NCBI GenBank assembly: GCA_948735595.1
Contig: CAPXSA010000028.1
Location: forward strand, 14,397 to 78,396
Origin: an uncultured Clostridia bacterium
GTDB taxonomy: Bacteria > Bacillota > Clostridia > TANB77 > CAG-508
DNA: 64,000 nt
Reading direction: 5' to 3'
Part shown: positions 10,294 through 19,491 of the stretch, in pieces
How the letters are laid out: each line of letters begins with the position of its first letter
How positions within the stretch are numbered: position 1 is the stretch's first letter
Made by a program: the position numbers and the translations under genes
Notes under the pieces: model-generated
Told to the model about the DNA's origin: nothing
Database searches by the model: none
The model's input: the letters and a program-made list of their open reading frames with translations, nothing else

Positions 10294-12492
10294 CTATGCT
10301 TCTTTCATTGATAATTGTACTTTTTGACGTTCTTCATCAATTCCAATTACTTTTACTTTTACTATATCACCTACTGATACTACATCTGACGGATTTCTAA
10401 CAAAGCTATCACTTAATTGTGAAATATGTACTAATCCATCATGTTTCACACCTACATCTACAAATGCTCCAAAATCAGTTACATTACGAACGGTTCCAGT
10501 TAATACCATGCCTTCTCTTAAATCTTCAAATTTTAAGACATCTGCTCTTAAAATTTGTTTTGGCATTTCATCTCTTGGGTCTCTTCCGGGTTTTGATAAC
10601 TCATCAATAATATCTTTTAATGTCATTTCTCCCGCATTTAATTCTTTTGCTGTCTCTACTACATTAATTCCTGCAAGCTTACCTTTGATTTCCTTTAATT
10701 TGTCTTTATTCAATAAATCTTCTTTTTTATAGCCGATATTACTTAATAACTGTTCTGCAATTTCATAACTTTCAGGGTGAACTGCTGTAATTTCAATTGG
10801 ATTTTTTCCATCTGGAATTCTAATAAAACCTGCACATTGTTCAAATGCTACTTTTCCTAATTTTGGTACTTTTAATAGTTCTTTTCTTTCCTTTAGTTTT
10901 CCATTTTCATCACGGTATTTTACAATATTATTAGCAATAGTTTTGTTAATTCCTGCTACATAAGATAAAAGTGATGGTGTTGCAGTATTTACATCAACCC
11001 CTACCTCATTTACAGCATCTTCTACTACACCTGTTAAACTCTCTGTTAGTTTGTTTTGATCCACATCATGTTGATATTGCCCTACTCCAATGGCTTTAGG
11101 ATCAATTTTTACTAACTCTGCTAGAGGGTCTTGTAGCCTTCTAGCAATGGAAATAGCACCTCTTAAAGATACATTGATATCTGGGTATTCTTCTGTTGCA
11201 AGTTTTGATGCTGAATACACAGATGCCCCCGCTTCACTGACAATTGCATAGTGCAAATCTTTGTCAATTTCTTTTATCATTTCTGCTACAAAGCTTTCAG
11301 ATTCACGTGATGCGGTTCCATTTCCAATAGCAATAATATCAATATCATATTTGTTAATCAATGCTTTTAACTCTTTTTTAGCGCCTTCCACATCATTTTG
11401 TGGCTCTGTTGGATATACTGTTGTAGTAGCTAATAGTTTACCCGTTTCATCAATGACTGCAATTTTACAACCTGTACGATATGCTGGGTCAAATCCCATA
11501 ACAGTTAAGCCCTTTAATGGTGCTGCTAAAAGTAATGGTTTTGCATTTTTACCAAATACCTTAATCGCTTGTGTTTCTGCCTTTTCTGTTAAGTCTGAAC
11601 GAATTTCTCTATCAATAGATGGCTCAATTAGACGCTTCCAACTGTCTTCTATCGTTTCTTCTAGCATTGCTGTAAATTGTGTTTTCCCTTTAATAACGTC
11701 TTGTTCAATATGATGTAAAATATTTTCTTCTGGTTTATCTAATTTTACTTTTAGAAATTCCTCTTTTTCTCCACGATTAATCGCTAAAATACGGTGACTT
11801 GGAATTCTATTTACTTTTTCGTTAAACTCATAATACATGTTATATGCTGTTTTTTCTTCAGGCTTTGTTGCTTTCGTAATAACAACACCATCACGATAAC
11901 AAATACGTTTGATTTCCTTACGATAATTTGGGTCATCTGCTATCATTTCGGCAATAATATCTTTTGCTCCTTGAATAGCATCTTCTACTGTTGCTACCAC
12001 TTTATCTTTATTTTGTTTATCTTCTTCTGATAAATTATCAATATTTACATATTCTTTCGCAATTTCTTCAATAGGCTTTGTTTCTGTTTGTTCATAAATA
12101 ATATTTGCTAAAGGCTCTAATCCTTTTGCTTTTGCGACCGTTGCTCTTGTTTTCTTTTTCTGTTTGTATGGTCTATAAATATCTTCTACTTCTGCTAAGG
12201 TTCTAGCTTTTTCTAAGCTTTCTACTATTTCATCTGTTAGTTTTCCTTGATTTTCAATAGAAGTTTTTACTTCTTCTTTTCTTGCTTCTAAATTACGAAG
12301 GTAGGTAAGTCTTTCTCCTAACTCTCTTAAGGTTTCGTCCGAAAGTCCTCCAGTTACTTCTTTTCTATAACGTGCAATAAATGGAATAGTATTTCCTTCG
12401 TCAATTAATTCCACTGTTTTTTGCACTTGTGTTAATTTAATATTTAATTCTTCTGCTATTCTAGTAGCTATTCTTTCCATAGTTTCTTGCAT
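10294..12492 (-). CDS. tex: Tex-like transcription accessory protein (YqgF/HhH/S1 domains)
   Basis: 732 aa. N-terminal IPFIARYRKEVTGGLSDE. C-terminal S1 domain GMVLTGTVRNVTDFGAFVDVG. Confidence 0.9.
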   Translation of the reverse strand: MQETMERIATRIAEELNIKLTQVQKTVELIDEGNTIPFIARYRKEVTGGLSDETLRELGERLTYLRNLEARKEEVKTSIENQGKLTDEIVESLEKARTLAEVEDIYRPYKQKKKTRATVAKAKGLEPLANIIYEQTETKPIEEIAKEYVNIDNLSEEDKQNKDKVVATVEDAIQGAKDIIAEMIADDPNYRKEIKRICYRDGVVITKATKPEEKTAYNMYYEFNEKVNRIPSHRILAINRGEKEEFLKVKLDKPEENILHHIEQDVIKGKTQFTAMLEETIEDSWKRLIEPSIDREIRSDLTEKAETQAIKVFGKNAKPLLLAAPLKGLTVMGFDPAYRTGCKIAVIDETGKLLATTTVYPTEPQNDVEGAKKELKALINKYDIDIIAIGNGTASRESESFVAEMIKEIDKDLHYAIVSEAGASVYSASKLATEEYPDINVSLRGAISIARRLQDPLAELVKIDPKAIGVGQYQHDVDQNKLTESLTGVVEDAVNEVGVDVNTATPSLLSYVAGINKTIANNIVKYRDENGKLKERKELLKVPKLGKVAFEQCAGFIRIPDGKNPIEITAVHPESYEIAEQLLSNIGYKKEDLLNKDKLKEIKGKLAGINVVETAKELNAGEMTLKDIIDELSKPGRDPRDEMPKQILRADVLKFEDLREGMVLTGTVRNVTDFGAFVDVGVKHDGLVHISQLSDSFVRNPSDVVSVGDIVKVKVIGIDEERQKVQLSMKEA

Positions 12493-12618
12493 GTTTCCTT
12501 TAGTTCCTTTCTTACATTTTAAGAAGTCATCTTCTTTTGAAGATAACTTCTCTTTTTCTAGTTATTACTATATAACAGGTTTTTTAGAAATGCAAGCAAA
12601 CATTCTAAATTTTTGAAA

Positions 12619-12660
12619 ATAAAAAAATATATCGCTTTCATTTCTTACTTGCGATATATT
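12619..12660 (-). terminator. Rho-independent terminator of the 13344->12761 gene pair
   Basis: 10 bp stem AATATATCGC/GCGATATATT, followed on the - strand by a run of T. Confidence 0.7.
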
Positions 12661-12760
12661 CCTCTTTTCTATTTTACCACTATAGGAAGGAACTATGTTT
12701 CTTTAATAATATAGCTATACTCGGAAAGTTCCTTAAAACTTTCCCCTCTGATATTCTATA

Positions 12761-12964
12761 TTAGAGTCCGGTGCCTACTACCGCTACTCCACGACCACAG
12801 TTGTTGTTGCCAGCCCAAGTATTGTTGTTGCCGTGGAAGGAGAACATCCCATTGTTGCCACGTATGAAACCGTATCTAGCATCATTGAGCCAGTAAGTGC
12901 TACCGCCATATGAAGTGCCATGCCAGCCTATACGACTTGAGTTACCAATAACATAATCCCTCAT
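12761..12964 (-). CDS. Small Gly/Asn/Trp-rich hypothetical protein (67 aa)
   Basis: The ORF starts 5 nt after the stop of the upstream zinc-ribbon gene. There is no clear SD. Local GC is clearly higher than the surroundings. No family recognised. Confidence 0.4.
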   Translation of the reverse strand: MRDYVIGNSSRIGWHGTSYGGSTYWLNDARYGFIRGNNGMFSFHGNNNTWAGNNNCGRGVAVVGTGL

Positions 12965-12969
12965 GCATT

Positions 12970-13344
12970 TTAATCTAAATTTTGTATACTAACAATTTTA
13001 GGTTTTGCTGTAATCATTCCCATTCCTACTTTAAAAAGTACTTTTACATTTGGGTGTTCTGAAGTGATTTCCACTTCTCCTCCACCATTTCCCCCCATAA
13101 CATTGAAATCAACACGATGTTTCCCAGTAGTGGTCGTAGTTGTCATTTCTTCTCCTACTCCTAACGAACCAACTAGGTTATTATCTAGAAATACTTTTAC
13201 TGGTACAAGGGCTGCCGTAAGTCCTCCTTCTCTTCTAAAAATAATATTGGCTGTACCTGTTGTTCCTCCTTCTATTGTTGCTCCACACTTATTACAAAAT
13301 TTAGCAGTACTATCTATTTCTTCTCCACATTTATTACAAAACAT
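12970..13344 (-). CDS. Zinc-ribbon domain protein (124 aa)
   Basis: The N-terminal CNKCG...CNKCG pair is typical of a zinc ribbon. It is followed by a Gly/Thr-rich beta-like segment. Confidence 0.65.
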   Translation of the reverse strand: MFCNKCGEEIDSTAKFCNKCGATIEGGTTGTANIIFRREGGLTAALVPVKVFLDNNLVGSLGVGEEMTTTTTTGKHRVDFNVMGGNGGGEVEITSEHPNVKVLFKVGMGMITAKPKIVSIQNLD

Positions 13345-13425
13345 TTTACTATCATCCTTTCTTCTCTAACGGGGACACATTTTTCCCCTTTGCATTTCTT
13401 TAGAGACAAACTATGTCCCCGCCAA

Positions 13426-15006
13426 TTATTCTACACCTAGGTATTCATTATATGTTACTTCTCTATCAATGACTTGATCTGCTTTTATATCAATAATTCG
13501 ATTTGCTACTGTTTGCGTTAATTGATGATCGTGTGATGTAAATAACATATTACCTTTAAACTTTTTCATACCTTCATTTAATGCTGTGATAGACTCCATA
13601 TCTAAATGGTTAGTTGGCTCATCAAAAATTAAGAAGTTAGCACCTGATAGCATTACTTTAGAAAGTACGCATCTCACCTTTTCTCCTCCTGATAAAACAT
13701 TAACCTTCTTCAAAGCTTCTTCTCCTGAAAATAACATTCTTCCTAAAAAGCTTCTAACATATGTTTCATCTGGGTCTTTTGAATATTGTCTTAGCCAGTC
13801 TGTAATAGATAAATCTGACTCAAATAAATAGTTATTATCTTTTGGAAAATAGCTATTGGTAATCGTTGTACCCCAAATGATTTCTCCCTCATCAGGTTCT
13901 AATTCCCCCGCTATAATTTGAAATAACGCTGTTTTTGCATTTTCATTATCTGCTAAAAATGCAATTTTATCATCTTGTTTTACTGTAAAAGACACATTAT
14001 TTAATATTTTTTCGCCATTAATTGTTTTAGAAATATTTTTTACCTGCAAAATTTCCTTTCCCGGCTCTCTATCAGGTTTAAAGTCTACATACGGATATTT
14101 TCTATTCGATGGCTTAATTTCATCTAGTTCAATCTTTTCTAATGATTTCTTACGAGACGTTGCTTGTTTTGATTTCGAAGCATTCGCACTAAATCTAGCA
14201 ATAAATTCTTGTAATTCTTTAATCTTTTCTTCCTTCTTTTTATTAGCATCCTTCATCTGCTTTAAGGCAAGTTGGCTAGATTCATACCAAAAATCATAAT
14301 TTCCGGGATATATTTTGATTTTTCCAAAGTCTACATCTGCAATATGAGTACATACTTTATTTAAAAAGTATCTGTCATGTGATACAACAATAACTGTATT
14401 TTCAAAATTAATTAAAAATTCCTCCAACCAATTAATACTTTTTAAATCTAAGTCATTCGTTGGCTCGTCTAGTAACAATATGTCTGGATTTCCAAATAAT
14501 GCTTGCGCTAAAAGTACTTTTACTTTGTCTTTTGCTTCTAATTCACTCATTAATTTATAGTGTTTGTCTGATTCAATTCCTAAGTCATTTAATAATACTG
14601 CACCATCTGCTTCTGCATTCCAACCATCTAATTCACTAAATTTTTCTTCTAGTTTAGCTGCCCTCATTCCATCCGCTTCTGAAAAGTCTGGCTTAGCATA
14701 TATCTCATCTTTTTCTTTCATAATTTGATATAATTCACTATTTCCCATGATGACAGTATCCATAACAGTATATTGCTCAAAAGCAAAGTGATCTTGTTTT
14801 AATACAGAAATTCTTTCATTTTTTTCTTTAGATACTTCACCTTTACTTGCTTCTATTTCTCCTGATAATACTTTTAAAAAAGTAGATTTTCCAGCCCCAT
14901 TTGCTCCAATAATTCCATAACAACATTCTTTATTGAATTTAATATTTACATCTTCAAATAATGTTCTTTTTCCAAATCGAACTGTTACACCTGTTGCAGT
15001 AAGCAT
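13426..15006 (-). CDS. ABC-F family ATPase, YkpA-like, two tandem NBDs and no TM domain
   Basis: First Walker A is GANGAGKST. The second signature is LSGGEKVR. The inter-domain linker is K/E-rich. The second Walker A (ADNENAKT) and the first signature (SELEAKDKVK) are degenerate, as I recall for the B. subtilis YkpA family. Confidence 0.85.
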   Translation of the reverse strand: MLTATGVTVRFGKRTLFEDVNIKFNKECCYGIIGANGAGKSTFLKVLSGEIEASKGEVSKEKNERISVLKQDHFAFEQYTVMDTVIMGNSELYQIMKEKDEIYAKPDFSEADGMRAAKLEEKFSELDGWNAEADGAVLLNDLGIESDKHYKLMSELEAKDKVKVLLAQALFGNPDILLLDEPTNDLDLKSINWLEEFLINFENTVIVVSHDRYFLNKVCTHIADVDFGKIKIYPGNYDFWYESSQLALKQMKDANKKKEEKIKELQEFIARFSANASKSKQATSRKKSLEKIELDEIKPSNRKYPYVDFKPDREPGKEILQVKNISKTINGEKILNNVSFTVKQDDKIAFLADNENAKTALFQIIAGELEPDEGEIIWGTTITNSYFPKDNNYLFESDLSITDWLRQYSKDPDETYVRSFLGRMLFSGEEALKKVNVLSGGEKVRCVLSKVMLSGANFLIFDEPTNHLDMESITALNEGMKKFKGNMLFTSHDHQLTQTVANRIIDIKADQVIDREVTYNEYLGVE

Positions 15007-15071
15007 TTTGTTCCCTCCTTTTGAAATTCTTTCGTCACATTATATCATACAAAAGCCAATATGGCTAGAGA

Positions 15072-15114
15072 AAAAAATACAATCTATTATTTTTCATAAT
15101 AAATTGTATTTTTT
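15072..15114. terminator. Bidirectional hairpin terminator between the ABC-F start region and the DUF378 gene
   Basis: 12 bp stem AAAAAATACAAT/ATTGTATTTTTT. Confidence 0.55.
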
Positions 15115-15118
15115 CTTG

Positions 15119-15307
15119 TTATTTATCAAATAATATTTTTATAGCCCATAGCCCTGAAATTCCAACTAGTATATAAATAATTTTACTGATGATGGAACCT
15201 ACTCCAAATAGAGCATCTACTATATTATAATTGAAAATTCCAATAATGCCCCATACAATAGCACCTATAATGATTAAGACTAGTGCAATTTTATCTATTA
15301 CCTTCAT
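15119..15307 (-). CDS. DUF378 family small membrane protein
   Basis: IALVLIIIGAIVWGIIGIFNYNIVDALFG is typical of DUF378. I chose the second ATG (15307) because GAAGGAGG sits 8 nt upstream of it and overlaps the first ATG. Confidence 0.8.
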   Translation of the reverse strand: MKVIDKIALVLIIIGAIVWGIIGIFNYNIVDALFGVGSIISKIIYILVGISGLWAIKILFDK

Positions 15308-15368
15308 TACATATACCTCCTTCAAATAAAAATTTGATTCTTTGTTAGTATACGTATTTTTTTAACTT

Positions 15369-16319
15369 TTATCTTAGCATATCCTTTTTATTAAGCCATA
15401 TAGTTGCTATAATTGCTATGATAATGGAAAATGCCAAAATAATTGGAAATCCCCACGGATTTTCTTGAAGTGGTACTGGCACATTCATTCCCCAATAACT
15501 GGCAACCATGGTAGGAATTGCTAGAATAATGGTAATCGATGTTAAATATTTCATGACTCTATTTAGATTATTTGATATAATAGAAGCATAAGCATCCATC
15601 GTTCCATTTAAAATATCACTATATATTTTTGCCATTTCAATAGCTTGTTTATTTTCAATAATAGAATCTTCTAAAATATCTTCATCTTCTTCATAAAGCT
15701 TAATGATTTTTCCTCTCATCGTTTTTTCCATAACTACTTCATTAGATTTTAGAGAAGTAGTAAAGTACACCAAGCTTTTTTCTAAACTTAATAATTTTAA
15801 CAATTCTTTATTTTTCATAGAGTCTTTTAAAACTGATTCTGCAATTTCTGTTTCTTTATTGATTTTCTTTAATAAAGTTAAATATAGAGAAGAATTTGCG
15901 TATAATAATTGTAATAAAAATCTGCTCTTCTTGTAAGTAATAATATTTTTCATTTTACTTTTCGTGATGTCTTGAATAATGGAATTTTGTTTTAAAGAAA
16001 CGGTAATAAAATAATCATCTCTTACAAAAATAATTCCAATTGGCATAGTACTATAAATCATACTATCCCCATCTTTTTCTCGAATTGGAACATCCACAAT
16101 AAATAAAATCGTATTATCCTCATCTTCTATATCAATTCTAGCTTTTTCCTCCGAATCTAGTGCATAACGAATAAAGTCCTCTTGTATATTAATCTTTTCA
16201 CAGACTGTTTTGATTTCACTTTCGGTCGGGGCTATCATGTTAATCCAATTTCCTTTTTCATATTCTGTGGTCTTCTTTGTTTCATTTGTTTTCAAATCTG
16301 TTTGATATATTTCTAACAT
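15369..16319 (-). CDS. corA: CorA-family magnesium/cobalt transporter
   Basis: YWGMNVP (GMN motif) precedes the two C-terminal TM helices. Start set at ATG 16319 (GAAGGGG 8 nt upstream). The listed GTG at 16328 abuts the RBS. Confidence 0.85.
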   Translation of the reverse strand: MLEIYQTDLKTNETKKTTEYEKGNWINMIAPTESEIKTVCEKINIQEDFIRYALDSEEKARIDIEDEDNTILFIVDVPIREKDGDSMIYSTMPIGIIFVRDDYFITVSLKQNSIIQDITKSKMKNIITYKKSRFLLQLLYANSSLYLTLLKKINKETEIAESVLKDSMKNKELLKLLSLEKSLVYFTTSLKSNEVVMEKTMRGKIIKLYEEDEDILEDSIIENKQAIEMAKIYSDILNGTMDAYASIISNNLNRVMKYLTSITIILAIPTMVASYWGMNVPVPLQENPWGFPIILAFSIIIAIIATIWLNKKDMLR

Positions 16320-16386
16320 AATAATCACCCCTTCTTTTTTATTGTACTACTTTCTGGATTAGGTAGCAATATTTTTTTAAAATCTC

Positions 16387-16416
16387 TTGACAAAAGTGGC
16401 GCATGCACCTTATAAT
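16387..16416 (+). promoter_or_regulatory. Sigma-A type promoter of the disrupted tRNA-Lys gene
   Basis: TTGACA (16387-16392), 18 nt spacer, TATAAT (16411-16416), about 17 nt upstream of tRNA position 1. Confidence 0.7.
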
Positions 16417-16433
16417 AAGTATTGTACATTTAT

Positions 16434-16473
16434 GCGCTATTAGCTCAGTTGGTAGAGCAGCAGACTCTTAATC
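16434..16473 (+). pseudogene. 5' part (positions 1-40) of a tRNA-Lys(CUU) gene cut in the anticodon loop
   Basis: The fragment reads acceptor gcgctat, then ta, the D arm gctc-agttggta-gagc, then a, anticodon stem gcaga and loop ctCTTaa, then tc. After that the sequence diverges (atattgtg). The acceptor 5' strand pairs with atggcgc at 23905-23911. Confidence 0.85.
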
Positions 16474-16491
16474 ATATTGTGTATAAAAGAT

Positions 16492-16628
16492 AATCATACG
16501 TTGTTGTAAAATCTCAAAACCGTTGCAGTAAGCAAGTTTTGAGATTTTGTGTTTTTTATTTAGTCAACCTGTTGCCTCTCAAATCATACTTTGCCTTTGT
16601 GAGGTTGTTTATTGACAATCATACTTTG
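16492..16628 (+). repeat. Three direct copies of AATCATAC(G/T)TTG (putative integrase arm-type sites) at the left end
   Basis: Copies lie at 16492-16503, 16582-16593 and 16617-16628. A fourth lies at 23759-23770. The 18-mers at 16582 and 23759 differ at 1 position. Confidence 0.6.
16508..16560 (+). terminator. Strong rho-independent terminator just inside the element's left end
   Basis: Perfect 13 bp stem AAAATCTCAAAAC/GTTTTGAGATTTT with a 15 nt loop, followed by GTGTTTTTTATT. Confidence 0.8.
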
Positions 16629-16640
16629 CAATTATATAAT
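16612..16640 (+). promoter_or_regulatory. Integrase promoter overlapped by an arm-type repeat
   Basis: TTGACA (16612-16617), 17 nt spacer, TATAAT (16635-16640). The spacer contains AATCATACTTTG. Confidence 0.65.
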
Positions 16641-16671
16641 TCAAAATAAGAAAAAAGTGAGGGAAAAAATT

Positions 16672-17751
16672 ATGGCAAATTTAACCAAAAGACCAAGTGA
16701 AAGAAAAGAAGGAATTACAGCAAGACCAATTGTCCTAAAAGGCAAAGGGGAGAGAAATGCAATGACCACTAAAATTACAACAGTTCAAAAGGAATTTTTA
16801 ATTGAGCAAGAAGTAAAAGGAAACTCAAAAGACACATTGAAATATTATAGAAGTTCATTTAAACAAATGAACAGATTTATTGCAAAGCAAGAACTAGCAG
16901 ACCAATTTCCAAAAGGTGCAACAGATGAGGCAATTGTAAAAGCAGGAGAACAAATGCCTTTAGGTGTATTGCTAGATAAAGATTTCGAAGTTAGTTTCAA
17001 AAGGCATTTAGAGGAACAAGGTTGCAATCCTAGAACAGTAAACACTTATTTCAGAGCATACAGAGCCTTTGCATACTATTGTATGGAAGAGGGTTGGATA
17101 CCTTTAAGAAAAATAAGCATAAAAACAAGTAAAGCACCAATTAAACAAGTATATTCAGAAGAAGAATTAAAGAAACTATTAAAAAAGCCAAAGACAAGTG
17201 ATTTCACAGAATACAGAAACTGGGTAATTGTAAATTATATGTTAGCAACTGGAAACAGGCTAAGTTCAATAGTTGCATTAAATATTGAGGATATAGACCT
17301 AGAAAATGGTTACATAAATGTAAATGTACAAAAAAATAAAAAGCCTGTTACAATTCCACTTGTTAAGCAAATGAGAAGAATTTTAAAAGAATATATTGCA
17401 CTCTACAGAAACCTAGAGGAAAACGAAGATTTAAGCTCAACAGACCCCTTATTTTGCAACAGGTTTGGGGAAAGATTGACAGCAGATGGGCTAATCAATG
17501 CAATTGCAAGATACAATCAAAGAAGAGAAGTTACAAAAACATCAATTCACTTATTTAGGCATACCTTTGCTAAAAGCTGGATTTTAAGTGGTGGAGATTT
17601 ATTCAGCTTACAAAAAATGTTAGGACACTCTTCACTAGAAATGGTTAGAAACTATGCAAATTTATATTCAAAAGATATAAAAGATAAAGCAGAAGAATTT
17701 TCTTTTTTATCAAATACAAGGAGAACAACTGGAAAAACATTAAAAATTTAA
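16672..17751 (+). CDS. int: Tyrosine recombinase / phage-type integrase
   Basis: Start set at ATG 16672, 8 nt after GTGAGGG. The N-terminal core-binding segment looks SAM-like. Catalytic motifs are ATGNRLSS (Arg), HLFRHTFA (HxxR) and LGHSSLEMVRNYANLY (His/Tyr). Confidence 0.9.
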   Translation: MANLTKRPSERKEGITARPIVLKGKGERNAMTTKITTVQKEFLIEQEVKGNSKDTLKYYRSSFKQMNRFIAKQELADQFPKGATDEAIVKAGEQMPLGVLLDKDFEVSFKRHLEEQGCNPRTVNTYFRAYRAFAYYCMEEGWIPLRKISIKTSKAPIKQVYSEEELKKLLKKPKTSDFTEYRNWVIVNYMLATGNRLSSIVALNIEDIDLENGYINVNVQKNKKPVTIPLVKQMRRILKEYIALYRNLEENEDLSSTDPLFCNRFGERLTADGLINAIARYNQRREVTKTSIHLFRHTFAKSWILSGGDLFSLQKMLGHSSLEMVRNYANLYSKDIKDKAEEFSFLSNTRRTTGKTLKI

Positions 17752-17959
17752 AAATTAAAGTTTTGATTTTTAGTCCAAATTGTACTATAATTTAATTAAA
17801 GAAAAAATTAAAAATCTACTCTCCATTTTGAGAGTATTATATATAAAATGAGAGAAAAAATCTAATTATGATTTTAAAAAAATTGTCTTTGGATTTTTAC
17901 TCTCTTTTTCTTTAAATTTAAAGAGTAAAAATTTTTAATATTTTGGAGGAAAAAAGCAA

Positions 17960-18160
17960 ATGGAAAATGAAAAACTAAGGACAGAAGTAAAAGAAATAAA
18001 TAAACAAGATAATGTAAGTTTTAAATATTTTGCAAAAAAAATAGGTTTAAAAAATAATTCTTTTTATAATTTTTTAAGTGGTGCAAAGGGTATTTCTGTA
18101 GAAAAACAAGAATTACTAAAAAAAGAATTAAGGAGGTTTCAAGATAAATGTATTTTATGA
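17960..18160 (+). CDS. Small HTH-like protein (66 aa), candidate element regulator/excisionase
   Basis: GGAGGA RBS. VSFKYFAKKIGLKNNSFYNFLSG looks like a helix-turn-helix. TACTCT/AGAGTA inverted repeats lie upstream (17819-17937). Confidence 0.55.
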   Translation: MENEKLRTEVKEINKQDNVSFKYFAKKIGLKNNSFYNFLSGAKGISVEKQELLKKELRRFQDKCIL

Positions 18161-18411
18161 ATATGTTACAACCAAAAATGACTTGTGAAAAAACAATTCA
18201 TTTACTTAATTATACCAAACAAGAAATAATAAAAGAAAAGAATAAATTAAAAGCAGATACAGAACATAAAATTGAAAATTCTGCAAAGCTACAGTTTTTG
18301 GCAAGTTTATATTCAGATTGTATAACTGCAATTCAAGAATTAGAAGAATTGCAAACCTACAGTATGGAACAGATACAAAAGGAAAGAGGTAAAATAGATT
18401 TTTTATTATAA
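18148..18411 (+). CDS. Hypothetical protein (87 aa)
   Basis: The ORF overlaps the previous stop and has AGGAGG upstream. No family recognised. Confidence 0.45.
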   Translation: MYFMNMLQPKMTCEKTIHLLNYTKQEIIKEKNKLKADTEHKIENSAKLQFLASLYSDCITAIQELEELQTYSMEQIQKERGKIDFLL

Positions 18412-18558
18412 AATATGAAGGGGGATAGTTTTGTGAAAAATAATTTTTATTTATATATTTTTTGTTTTCCCTCATAAATAGAAACAGTGAAAACAAAAAT
18501 ATTGATTTTATTTTTTGCAAAAATACATTCCCAAAAAAGAGAGAATAATATTATTAAC

Positions 18559-18590
18559 TTAAATTATTATTTAATTAAATAATAATTTAA
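18559..18590. repeat. 32 bp perfect AT-only palindrome, candidate origin (ori/oriT) of the element
   Basis: TTAAATTATTATTTAA|TTAAATAATAATTTAA lies about 90 nt upstream of the Rep-like gene. Confidence 0.5.
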
Positions 18591-18681
18591 AATAATAATA
18601 TATACGTGGATAAAATGTAGAAAACTCACAAGAAAAAAATAAATGAAAATAAAAAAATTAAAAGAAAAAAGGAGAGAAATT

Positions 18682-19374
18682 ATGCCAAAGTTTATATATA
18701 ATACTCCATTGGCTTTAATCAATAAAAAGCCAAAAGGAGAGCAGATGACAGAAAATGGATATGGATTTTATATGTTCCCAAGTTTAGTGTTTATTTATGC
18801 TTGCAGGGCTTTAAATTTAAGAGAATTAAAACTTTATTTAGCAATTAGTGGACAAGCAGAAAAAGACAGTTTAGGAAAGCCTTGTAAATGGGCAGTCAAG
18901 CACTATTGCGAAATAGCAAACATAAAATCAAATCATTATTCAGAAGTTTTGCAAGGTTTATGTGAAAAAGGTTTTATCATACATAATAATTTTGAATCAA
19001 TTGAAGTTTTATATCCCATTTCAGAAAATGAGTATCTTACACCAACTGGAACAATAAAAAAAGTCAGCTATTTCCCAAATAAGGAAAATGCAAGCAACCA
19101 AGCCAATTCCTCAATTGGGAAAAGTGCCAACCAAGCAGAAGGACAAGCATTTTCCCAAAATAAGGAAGAACTAAAAACAGAAATGGGAAATTATAATTCC
19201 AATTTTAGTAATGATAATTCCCAAATCAAGGCTAATAATAAAGAAATAAATAATTTAATAAATAATTCTAATAAAGACAAAGAAGGAAGTAAACCTTCCC
19301 AAAAATGGGAAGGTTTAGAGGAAGAGGAAAAAAAGCAAGAGGATTTTGCCTTCTCCATAAAAGACCTTTTATAA
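18682..19374 (+). CDS. Putative replication-initiator-like protein: winged-helix-like N-terminus and a low-complexity N/K/S-rich C-terminus
   Basis: Start at ATG 18682, after AAGGAGAG. LKLYLAISGQAEKD...HYCEIANIKSNHYSEVLQGLCEKGFI resembles the wHTH of plasmid/phage replication organisers. The assignment is tentative. Confidence 0.45.
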   Translation: MPKFIYNTPLALINKKPKGEQMTENGYGFYMFPSLVFIYACRALNLRELKLYLAISGQAEKDSLGKPCKWAVKHYCEIANIKSNHYSEVLQGLCEKGFIIHNNFESIEVLYPISENEYLTPTGTIKKVSYFPNKENASNQANSSIGKSANQAEGQAFSQNKEELKTEMGNYNSNFSNDNSQIKANNKEINNLINNSNKDKEGSKPSQKWEGLEEEEKKQEDFAFSIKDLL

Positions 19375-19491
19375 CCCCAATGTAACACAATACATATTTT
19401 GTTACATTGGGTAAAGTCTACGTTTTCGTTGGTACAACTGCATTAGCAAGATTTTAGCAAAAAAGAATTTTAGCAAATGTAACAAAATGTA

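Noticed and set aside
10419-12030. Several + strand ORFs (63-150 aa) inside tex, and similar antisense ORFs inside gyrA, gyrB, dnaA, mnmG and the NRPS.
   Set aside because: All lie antisense within long, motif-supported genes and lack start signals.
13426-15006. Degenerate second ATP site of the ABC-F protein as a novelty.
   Set aside because: As far as I recall, the same degeneracy (second Walker A and first signature) is a family trait of YkpA-type ABC-F proteins. It is therefore not unusual.
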